Part shown: positions 53,668 through 61,497 of the stretch, piece by piece
Layout of the letters: each line of letters starts with the position of its first letter
Position numbering within the stretch: position 1 is the stretch's first letter
Assembly (NCBI GenBank): GCA_035556715.1
Contig: DATMER010000074.1
Location: forward strand, 3,737-67,736
Direction of reading: 5' to 3'
DNA length: 64,000 bases
From: Thermoanaerobaculia bacterium
Lineage (GTDB): Bacteria; Acidobacteriota; Thermoanaerobaculia; Multivoradales; UBA5704
Position numbers and translations under genes: made by a program
The notes under the pieces: model-generated
What the model saw: the letters and a program-made list of their open reading frames with translations, nothing else
The model's database searches: none
What the model was told of the DNA's origin: nothing

Positions 53668-54249
53668 CTAGAAGACGCGAGGCTGGAAGCTCTCGGGTAC
53701 ATCGAGCTGGAACTGGTCGTCGTGGATCCGGGCGAAGTAGAAGCCTTCCTGGAGCACCTTCTCCTGCAGCTTGCCAGGCGCGTGCACCGCGGCGATGATT
53801 CCGTAGACCTTCTTGTCCTTGTAGATGGGGAAGAAGTCGCGGAACTCCTGGAGAATCCTGTTCATCTGGTCGAGAGCCTCTTCGCGGAGGTGGCTCTTGA
53901 CCTCGACGACGAACATGTCGTCGCTGAAGTTGGAGAAGGCGAGCACGTCAACCTCCATGGAGTGGCCGTTGCGCTTGACCCGGACGCTGGGAGCGATCAC
54001 TTCCATGCCGAAGCGCTGGCTCAGGATCTTGGCCATGGATGGGAGAGCCAGGCCTTCCGTGAAGCTGCCGAACTTGTCGCTCAGGCCGCCGATCTGCCGC
54101 TTCAGCTCCCGCGTCTCCTCCCGTGCCAGCCGAGCGTACTCCTGCGCGGCCTCACGAAGCACTCGCTCGGTCTCCCGCTGGGACTCAGTCAGCTCGGCAT
54201 GCTTGACTGCCAGCGAAGCCATCAGGTCTCTGAGCTCTTGGTCGGTCAT
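53668..54249 (-). CDS. DUF3782-family PD-(D/E)xK-like protein
   Basis: N-terminal coiled coil (TESQRETERVLREAAQEYARL); EVDVLAFSN ... VVEVKSHL resembles a PD-(D/E)xK core. Start at MTDQELR (54249); the upstream extension to 54303 is shared with the 50093-50150 duplicate. Confidence 0.55.
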   Translation of the reverse strand: MTDQELRDLMASLAVKHAELTESQRETERVLREAAQEYARLAREETRELKRQIGGLSDKFGSFTEGLALPSMAKILSQRFGMEVIAPSVRVKRNGHSMEVDVLAFSNFSDDMFVVEVKSHLREEALDQMNRILQEFRDFFPIYKDKKVYGIIAAVHAPGKLQEKVLQEGFYFARIHDDQFQLDVPESFQPRVF

Positions 54250-54308
54250 GGAATCAATGTTCTCCCGAAGCGCGCCCGCCACTCGATGAGAACATCGTAA
54301 CACGGAAC

Positions 54309-56411
54309 CTACGCCGTCCGGACCCGCACCGCTACGAAGGTGACGTCATCGTTGGGGGGCTTGCCGCCGGTCCAGGAGCGGGCGGATTCGCCGAGGCCGG
54401 CGATGACCTCTTCGGGGCTTCGGGCTCCCAGCTCCTGGAAGCGCTGCCTCACCCGGGGATAGCCGAAGGGCTCCCCGCGGTCGTCCTGCAGTTCGGGCAG
54501 ACCGTCGCTCATCAGGAGCAGCATGTCTCCGGCGGCGATGGCGAAGCTGGCCTCCTGGTAATCAGACGCGAGCCCGCCCAGGGGCATCCCCTCCAGGGCG
54601 ATCTCCTCCACCTCCCCGGCGGCGGCGCGGAAGAGTAGGGCCGGAGGCATGCCGGCCGCGGCGATGGTAAGGGTCTTCCCGTCCACGCGGACGAGGGTCA
54701 GGCCCATGGCCATCCGGCCCAGCTCCATGCGCTTCACGGCGCCTGCGGCTTCGGTCAGGAACTCCCGGGGCGCGGACCTTCCGGAGTCGGCTGAGAACAG
54801 GCTCTTCACCACCGTCACCATGGTCCCGGCCCGGGCGCCGTGCCCCGTGGCATCGCCCACGGTTGCGGTCAGGACGCCCTCCTCCGACAGGTGGAAGTCG
54901 TAGTAGTCGCCCCCGACCTCGGTCGCGGTCTGCATGGACACGGCGATCTCGAAGCCGGGATGGTCGGGCAGGGTCTTGGGCAGGAGGGAGAGCTGGAAGG
55001 CGCGGGCCTCCTCCAGCTCCCGGGTCTTGCGCTCGTACTCGCGGCGCAGGAGCCGCTGCTCGGTCTCCTGCTCCACGAGCCTCTCCTGGTTCTCGCGCAG
55101 GTCGCCCGCCATCCGGTTGAACGCCGCGGCCAGGGCGCCGATCTCGTTGCGCGAGCGCACCGAGACCCGGGTGCCCAGGTCCCCCCCGGCGATCTTCTCC
55201 GCCCCTTGCTTCAGGACGCTGACGTCGCGGGTCATCCGGTTGGACAGCGGCAGGATGCCCACCAGGGCCAGTCCGATCAGGGCGAGGCCCCAGCCGAAGT
55301 TGCGCGCCGCGGTGCGCTTGACCTCTTCCAGGGATTGGCGGATCGGCCGCGCCACGCCCAGGGTCAAACCGCTGTCCGGGTCCTTCGAGGTGACGACCAC
55401 CCAGCCTTCGAGGATGTGCTGCGAGGAGGAGCTGTCGTTTCCGAGGTCGATCGGCAGCCCCTGCACCTTCTTCAGGTCCTCGTCGCTCGCGGCGTGGAAC
55501 TTGCCCTCGGCGTCGACTGCGAAGGGGATCTCGCCGCGCTCCCGGCGTGCCCTGCCGAGGACGCGGCTGAGGACCTGGTCGGGACGGACCCGGGCGCGGA
55601 CCCAGCCGACCACCCGGCCCTGGTCCTTCACCGGCGCCTCGATCTCCTTGCCGAGGAGGAGCCGGGTCTCCTTGCGCCGCTGCTCGAGCCGGGCCTCCAC
55701 CTCCCGGCGGCGCGCCTCGGCCTCGCGCATCTTGCGCTCCACCTCCTCCAGCTTCTCCGGATCGGGCGCGCCGGGATGGACGATGACGACCTTGCCCTCG
55801 TCGCCGGGCACGCCGGTCAGGTTCATGTCCGCGATCTCCTCGGCCGCGATCGCCGTGGCGCTTTCCACGTATTCCGGAATCTCCGCTCCTTGCGCCCTGG
55901 CGTGCTGCTGAGCCTTGCGGACCTCTTCCATGATCTCGCGGACGTCGATGACGATCGGAGGCGCGGGCGGCGCCGGGGGAGCGGGGAAGCCTGCGGAGCC
56001 TTCAGGAGCCGGCTCGGGGGCGGGGGGAGCTTCCGCGGGAGGGACCGGGAGCTCGCCGGAGACGGGATCTATAGGGGGCGCGGCCGGGGTGAACTCCAGC
56101 GAGTCCACGAAGGGCGCGGATTCGCCCATGGCCCGGAGCACTTCGGGCATCTCCGCCTCCAGCTCCTCCTCGACCTGCCGCTCCAGCAGGGTGGAGAGCG
56201 GGATCTCGCCCACCCTCTCGAGGCTGCGCCCGAGCTCCGCCCGGATCGTGGACATCCGGCCGTTCATCTCCTGCGTCAGCTCCGCGGCCTCGGCCTCCAC
56301 CGCCTGGCGCACGGCCCGCTGGGATGACGCATAGGAGTAGAGGACGATTCCGGTCAGCGGCACCACGGAGAGCAGGAGGAAGGCGACGACGAGCTGGGTG
56401 CGGATCTTCAT
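54309..56411 (-). CDS. Membrane-anchored HAMP-domain PP2C-type serine phosphatase (RsbU/SpoIIE-like)
   Basis: N-terminal TM; Pro/Ala-rich linker; second TM plus HAMP (NRMTRDVSVLKQGAEKIAGGDLGTR); PP2C motifs GGDYYDF, ATVGDATGHG, LLLMSDGLPE. Confidence 0.8.
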   Translation of the reverse strand: MKIRTQLVVAFLLLSVVPLTGIVLYSYASSQRAVRQAVEAEAAELTQEMNGRMSTIRAELGRSLERVGEIPLSTLLERQVEEELEAEMPEVLRAMGESAPFVDSLEFTPAAPPIDPVSGELPVPPAEAPPAPEPAPEGSAGFPAPPAPPAPPIVIDVREIMEEVRKAQQHARAQGAEIPEYVESATAIAAEEIADMNLTGVPGDEGKVVIVHPGAPDPEKLEEVERKMREAEARRREVEARLEQRRKETRLLLGKEIEAPVKDQGRVVGWVRARVRPDQVLSRVLGRARRERGEIPFAVDAEGKFHAASDEDLKKVQGLPIDLGNDSSSSQHILEGWVVVTSKDPDSGLTLGVARPIRQSLEEVKRTAARNFGWGLALIGLALVGILPLSNRMTRDVSVLKQGAEKIAGGDLGTRVSVRSRNEIGALAAAFNRMAGDLRENQERLVEQETEQRLLRREYERKTRELEEARAFQLSLLPKTLPDHPGFEIAVSMQTATEVGGDYYDFHLSEEGVLTATVGDATGHGARAGTMVTVVKSLFSADSGRSAPREFLTEAAGAVKRMELGRMAMGLTLVRVDGKTLTIAAAGMPPALLFRAAAGEVEEIALEGMPLGGLASDYQEASFAIAAGDMLLLMSDGLPELQDDRGEPFGYPRVRQRFQELGARSPEEVIAGLGESARSWTGGKPPNDDVTFVAVRVRTA

Positions 56412-56450
56412 CAGGGATAGTTTACGAGGAGATCTCCGGGAAGTTCGGAT

Positions 56451-56584
56451 CCCTCACCCCCTGGCCCCCTCTCCCATCGCACTCCCGCCCTCCCGGGAGA
56501 GGGGGAACCTTTCTTATGCCTCCTCTCTTTTCCCCCTCTCCCGGTGGAAGGGAGGGGATGGGAGAGGGGGCCAGGGGGTGAGGG
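56451..56584. repeat. Palindromic repeat family, full copy G
   Basis: CCCTCACCCCCTGGCCCCCTCTCCC...GGGAGAGGGGGCCAGGGGGTGAGGGG between the divergent phosphatase and M28 genes. Confidence 0.7.
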
Positions 56585-56607
56585 GTCCGTCGGGTAGACT
56601 GCCCTGA

Positions 56608-57516
56608 ATGCATCCCACCCTCCGACGGACCGCTGTCCTTCTGGCGTTCCTCGCCGCCTGCCGCGGTGAAACGGAGGCGCCGCCTCCGGCTCCGACTCCC
56701 CGGCCCGCGGTCCATCTTCTGGGAGAGGGGATCGACGTGGCGCGGGCCATGGCCCACCTCCGGAAGCTGGCGGAGAGCCCGCGGCCGACCGGCTCGGCCG
56801 CGGAGGCCCGCGCCGCGGCGTACCTGGAGAAAGAGCTGGCGTCGTATGGCTACCGGGTCGAGCGCCAGCCCGTCCCCCTGCCCGGCGGCGGGGAGTCGGC
56901 CAACGTCATCGCGCTCCCTTCAGACCCGGACTTCGACCCGGCGGAGGACCGCCACCTCCTCACGGGGGCACACTACGACACGGTCGCGGGGAGCCCAGGG
57001 GCCAACGACAACGCCTCGGGCGTCGCCGTCCTTCTGGAAGTGGCGCGGGCTCTCGGAACCCGTCCCGCCAAGTTGCCGGTGGTGCTCGTGGCCTTCGGCG
57101 CCGAGGAGGGGCGGGCGGGCCCCCACCATCAGTCTCTGGGCGGCTCGCAGCATTACGCCCGCGGGATGTCCCCGGAAGAAGCGCGCCACCTCGCGGCCAT
57201 GATCAACCTGGACATGGTCGGCCGCGGGGACGCGCTGCTCCCGACCCTGAGGATCAACATGAAGCGCGGGGTCCACCAGCGGATGCTCGGCATCGCCGGC
57301 CGGCTGGGGGTGCCGGCGAAGGAGCACCTGACGCCCCAGGTCTCGGACTCCGTGCCCTTCGCGAGCCGGGGGGTGGAGACGGCCTGGCTTTGGACCGGCG
57401 TGGAGCCGTCCTATCATTCCCCCTTGGACACTCCGGAGAAGATCACGCCGGAGACGCTGGACTGGGCCGGGCGGCTGACCCTGGCCACCATCCGATCGTT
57501 TGACGTAAATGATTGA
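56608..57516 (+). CDS. M28 family peptidase (lipoprotein)
   Basis: LAFLAAC lipobox; HYDTV..GANDNASGVAVLLE and FGAEEG zinc-ligand motifs. Confidence 0.8.
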   Translation: MHPTLRRTAVLLAFLAACRGETEAPPPAPTPRPAVHLLGEGIDVARAMAHLRKLAESPRPTGSAAEARAAAYLEKELASYGYRVERQPVPLPGGGESANVIALPSDPDFDPAEDRHLLTGAHYDTVAGSPGANDNASGVAVLLEVARALGTRPAKLPVVLVAFGAEEGRAGPHHQSLGGSQHYARGMSPEEARHLAAMINLDMVGRGDALLPTLRINMKRGVHQRMLGIAGRLGVPAKEHLTPQVSDSVPFASRGVETAWLWTGVEPSYHSPLDTPEKITPETLDWAGRLTLATIRSFDVND

Positions 57517-57527
57517 GGGAGACGCAG

Positions 57528-57923
57528 ATGAACGACGCAACCTACGTAACCGACGCCCATGCCGCCATCGACGCCGCCCGGGAGCAGGCAGCCCGGGAGG
57601 GCAAGCGGGTGGCCGTCGTCTTCGGCGCCAACTGGTGCCCGGACTGCTACGCCCTGGAGAAGGCGCTCACCCACCGGCTCGTGGAGCCGATCCTGGAGCC
57701 CAGCTACGTGGTCGTGAAGGTCACGGTGGGCAACCGCAACCAGAACCTCGACCTCATGGCCGACTACGGCATGGACGTGGTGAGGGGCATCCCCGCCATC
57801 GCCATCCTGGAGCCCGACGGCACCCTGATCAAAGCCCAGACCGACGGCGAGTTCCGCAACGCCAACTCGCTGCTATCCGTGGCCGAGATCGCGACCTTCT
57901 TCCACAAATGGGCGCCTAAGTAG
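57528..57923 (+). CDS. Thioredoxin-fold protein (WCPDC)
   Basis: VAVVFGANWCPDCYALE active-site motif; GAGGGAG RBS 7 nt upstream of ATG 57528; ~130 aa. Confidence 0.7.
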   Translation: MNDATYVTDAHAAIDAAREQAAREGKRVAVVFGANWCPDCYALEKALTHRLVEPILEPSYVVVKVTVGNRNQNLDLMADYGMDVVRGIPAIAILEPDGTLIKAQTDGEFRNANSLLSVAEIATFFHKWAPK

Positions 57924-57924
57924 G

Positions 57925-57996
57925 CCCTCACCCCCGTCCCCTCTCCCGGGGCGGGTGTGCTTGGGAGGAGCGGGAGAGGGGGCCGGGGGGTGAGGG
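57925..57996. repeat. Palindromic repeat family, short copy H
   Basis: CCCTCACCCCCGTCCCCTCTCCCGGGG...GGGAGAGGGGGCCGGGGGGTGAGGG (arms only, ~72 bp). Confidence 0.65.
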
Positions 57997-58027
57997 TCTG
58001 TTCCAAACCGCCCCCCGCCCCTGTCTC

Positions 58028-58891
58028 ATGTCTTTTGACATGAGGCTACCGGTCCGCAAGCTCGTCCTGACCACGCTCTACGCAACCGCGCTGGCGGTCA
58101 TCGTCCTCTACGCGTGGGAGGGCAGCTCGTATTACTCGACCCCCCTGATCGAGCGCCCGCGGCACGAGGATTACTGGACGCTCAAGCCCGGCGGCTCGCG
58201 CGGGCACGCTCTTGGCATCGCGGGCTCTTCGCTGATGGTCGTGATGCTGGTCTACTCGGTGCGCAAGCGGACCAAGGCGTTGCGCGGCGCGGGCAAGCTC
58301 CGGGACTGGCTCGACTTCCACATCTTCTGCGGCGTGATCGGGCCGCTGCTGGTGGTGCTCCACAGCTCGTTCAAGGTGCACGGGCTGGTAGCGCTCAGCT
58401 TCTGGTCCATGGTGGTGGTGGCGCTCTCCGGGGTATTGGGGCGCTATCTCTATCTCCAGATCCCGCGCACGCGGGCGGGCGACCAGCTCAGCCTCGCGGA
58501 GGTCGAGGAGCTGAACGCGGACCTCACCCGGCGGCTGCGCGAGGAGCTCGGCGAAGCGCCCCTCCAGGAGCTGGAGGCCCTCGCGGCCGGCAGCCTGAAG
58601 CCCGGGACGCCGCTCCTGCCCCTCCTCCTGCGCATGCCGGTCGAAGGGGTCCGCCTGCGCTGGCGGCTGCGCTCTTTCCGGAGGAGGTATCGGCGGCATG
58701 GAGGGTCCACCGAGCTGCTCCGGACGATCCGCCAGAAGGCGCTCCTCCAGCGCCGGCTGCTCCTCTGGAGCCGCCTCCAGGAGCTGTTCCACCACTGGCA
58801 CGTCCTCCACAAACCCTTCGCGGTCGTGATGTACGTCTTCATGATCGTCCACATCGTGGTCGCGGTCCTGACCGGCTACGCCTGGCAATAG
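58028..58891 (+). CDS. His-rich polytopic membrane protein, candidate cytochrome b-type quinol-interacting subunit
   Basis: About 5-6 TM helices with conserved His (HALGIAGSS, FHIFCGVIGPLLVVLH, HHWHVLHKPFAVVMYVFMIVH). First gene of the cytochrome cluster; family not identified. Confidence 0.45.
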   Translation: MSFDMRLPVRKLVLTTLYATALAVIVLYAWEGSSYYSTPLIERPRHEDYWTLKPGGSRGHALGIAGSSLMVVMLVYSVRKRTKALRGAGKLRDWLDFHIFCGVIGPLLVVLHSSFKVHGLVALSFWSMVVVALSGVLGRYLYLQIPRTRAGDQLSLAEVEELNADLTRRLREELGEAPLQELEALAAGSLKPGTPLLPLLLRMPVEGVRLRWRLRSFRRRYRRHGGSTELLRTIRQKALLQRRLLLWSRLQELFHHWHVLHKPFAVVMYVFMIVHIVVAVLTGYAWQ

Positions 58892-58892
58892 G

Positions 58893-60662
58893 ATGCGAAA
58901 GGGGATCGTCCTGGCGCTGCTCCTCGCCTCGGCCCCCCTCGCGGCCCAGCTCTCTCCCGGCAAGCTCAGCCAGCCGCACGCCAAGCTGGAGGGGAGCACC
59001 AACTGCCTCAAGTGCCACCAGGCGGCGCAGGGGGTGGCTCCCGCGCGGTGCCTCGACTGCCACACCGCGCTGAAGAGCCGGATCACCGCCGGCCGCGGCC
59101 TTCACGCCCGCCCGGGCTACCAGGCCTGCCAGACCTGCCACATCGAGCACCACGGGCGGGAGTTCCAGCTCATCGACTGGGGGAAGAAGGGAAAGGCCGG
59201 ATTCGACCACCGCCTGACCGGATGGCCCCTGGAAGGAGCCCACGCCAAGCAGGCGTGCGGCTCCTGCCACCGCAACGAGAAGAAGACCTTCCTCGGGCTC
59301 GAGCGCACCTGCCGCTCCTGCCACCAGGACGAGCACCGCGGCCAGTTCGCCCAGCAGTCCTGCGTCGCCTGCCACACCCTGACGGCTTGGAAACCGCCCG
59401 CGAAGTTCAACCACGCGAAGACCGCCTTCCCGCTCACCGGCCAGCACCAGGCCGTGGCCTGCGCGAGCTGCCATCCGAAGAAGAGCGACGCGAGGGGCGA
59501 GTTCCTTGCCTTGAAGGGGGTCGCGCACCAGAGCTGCTCCAACTGCCACAAGGACCCGCACCAGGGACGGTTCGGCGCCACCTGCCAGCAGTGCCACTCC
59601 ACCGCCGGATGGAAGACGGGCGCCATGGCCAACTTCAATCATGACCGCACCGGCTTCCCGCTCACCGGGCGGCACAAGGCCGTGGCCTGCGCGAGCTGCC
59701 ACAAGTCCGGAAGCTTCACGAAGCTGGCGCACCAGCGGTGCACCGACTGCCACAAGGATCCGCACCAGGGGCGGCTCGGCACGACCTGCCAGCAGTGCCA
59801 CTCGACCGCGGGATGGGCCTCGGGGAGCCGCGCGAAGTTCGACCACGACCGGACCCGCTTCCCCCTGCGCGGCCGGCACGAGAAGGTGGACTGCCAGAAG
59901 TGCCACACCTCCGGCCGGGGCCTGCGCTTCGCAAAGTTCCAGGCATGCGCGGACTGTCACAAGAACGTCCACGCGGGCCAGATCGCCAGCTCCACGTGCG
60001 AGAGCTGCCACACGGTCGGGGGCTTCTCCCCCTCGACCTTCACCCTGGAGCGGCACCAGGAGAAGACCGACTATCCCCTCCAGGGAGCGCACCTCGCCGT
60101 GCCCTGCATCGCCTGCCACAAGAAGAATGCGGCCGGGGTGATCCGCTTCCGCTGGGAGTCGACCGAGTGCCAGGCCTGCCATGGCGATCCCCACAAGGGG
60201 GAGATGACTCGCGTCCAGGGTCCGCAGGGGTGCCGGACGTGCCACTCGATCAACTCCTGGTCCCACCTGGCAGCCTTTGATCACTCCCGGACCGGATTCC
60301 CCCTGGATGGCGGGCACCAGCGGGTGTCCTGCGGCGGATGCCACAAGCCGGGCAAAGACGGTACGGTCAGCTTCAAGGGCACCCCGAAAGCCTGCAACGC
60401 CTGCCATGGCGATCCCCATGAAGGGCAACTCGTCCAGGCAGGTTGCCAGTCCTGCCACTCGGTGCAGGCCTGGTCCCGCGTCACGTTCGACCACGATCGG
60501 CACTCGCGCTTCAAGCTGGTGGGGGCCCACAGCCGCCTCGCCTGTAGCGCGTGCCACCGTTCAGAGAGCCGGGGCGGAAAGACCGTCGTCCGCTTCAAGC
60601 CTCTGCCGGTCACCTGCGAGGGGTGCCACGCGACCCCCACTGCGCGAGGGAGGACCTCATGA
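58893..60662 (+). CDS. Multiheme c-type cytochrome, 23 CxxCH motifs
   Basis: Signal peptide; 23 canonical CxxCH heme-binding sites counted (CLKCH ... CEGCH), regularly spaced. Confidence 0.9.
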   Translation: MRKGIVLALLLASAPLAAQLSPGKLSQPHAKLEGSTNCLKCHQAAQGVAPARCLDCHTALKSRITAGRGLHARPGYQACQTCHIEHHGREFQLIDWGKKGKAGFDHRLTGWPLEGAHAKQACGSCHRNEKKTFLGLERTCRSCHQDEHRGQFAQQSCVACHTLTAWKPPAKFNHAKTAFPLTGQHQAVACASCHPKKSDARGEFLALKGVAHQSCSNCHKDPHQGRFGATCQQCHSTAGWKTGAMANFNHDRTGFPLTGRHKAVACASCHKSGSFTKLAHQRCTDCHKDPHQGRLGTTCQQCHSTAGWASGSRAKFDHDRTRFPLRGRHEKVDCQKCHTSGRGLRFAKFQACADCHKNVHAGQIASSTCESCHTVGGFSPSTFTLERHQEKTDYPLQGAHLAVPCIACHKKNAAGVIRFRWESTECQACHGDPHKGEMTRVQGPQGCRTCHSINSWSHLAAFDHSRTGFPLDGGHQRVSCGGCHKPGKDGTVSFKGTPKACNACHGDPHEGQLVQAGCQSCHSVQAWSRVTFDHDRHSRFKLVGAHSRLACSACHRSESRGGKTVVRFKPLPVTCEGCHATPTARGRTS

Positions 60663-61495
60663 CGAAGCCGCTTCTCCTCCAACTCCTGCTGGCCGCCGGC
60701 TTCCTGATCGCGATCATTGCAGGGACGGCTCAGGGCCAGGAGACTGGAGGCAATCCCCACGGCCCTCTCCGCGTGGGATGCGAGACCTGCCACTCCCCCG
60801 AGGGGTGGCGCCCGCTGCGCAAACCCCTGCCCTTCGACCACGGCAAGGAGACCGGGTTCCCCCTGGTCAAGAGCCACCGGGAGGTCGCGTGCCTCGGCTG
60901 CCACCAGGACCTCCGGTTCCAGCGCGTGGCCACGGCATGCGTGGACTGCCATCGCGATCCCCACCGGGGAGAGCTGGGGCTCTCCTGCGAGAGCTGCCAC
61001 TCGCCCCACGGCTGGGACAGCCGGCGCCAGGTCTTCGAGATCCACAACGCGAGCCTGTTCCCGTTGACCGGGGCGCACACGGCCCTGGACTGCGGGTCGT
61101 GCCACCGGGGGAGCCCGCCGAACGAGTTCCGCGGCACGCCGAGGGACTGCTTCTCCTGCCACGCCGAAGACTACCGCCGCGCCCAGCCCGACCATGTCCG
61201 CTCCGGGTTCCCGACGCAGTGCGAGACCTGCCACACCACCTCGGACTTCTCGGACGCGGACTTCCGGGCGCACGACGCGCGGTTCTTCCCCATCTTCTCG
61301 GGTGTGCATCGGGGGGTCTGGGATAGCTGCTCGAGCTGCCACACCTCGGTCAACCAGGGGAACTTCCAGAACTTCACCTGCCTGACCTGCCACGAGCACC
61401 GGCGGAGCGAGATGGACGACGAGCACGACGACGTCCGTGCCTACCGCTATGAGAGCAACGCGTGCCTGTCCTGCCATCCGCAGGGGAGGGAGTAG
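60659..61495 (+). CDS. Multiheme c-type cytochrome, 10 CxxCH motifs
   Basis: ATG overlaps the upstream stop (ATGA); signal/TM MTKPLLLQLLLAAGFLIAIIAG; 10 CxxCH sites. Confidence 0.85.
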   Translation: MTKPLLLQLLLAAGFLIAIIAGTAQGQETGGNPHGPLRVGCETCHSPEGWRPLRKPLPFDHGKETGFPLVKSHREVACLGCHQDLRFQRVATACVDCHRDPHRGELGLSCESCHSPHGWDSRRQVFEIHNASLFPLTGAHTALDCGSCHRGSPPNEFRGTPRDCFSCHAEDYRRAQPDHVRSGFPTQCETCHTTSDFSDADFRAHDARFFPIFSGVHRGVWDSCSSCHTSVNQGNFQNFTCLTCHEHRRSEMDDEHDDVRAYRYESNACLSCHPQGRE

Positions 61496-61497
61496 AG

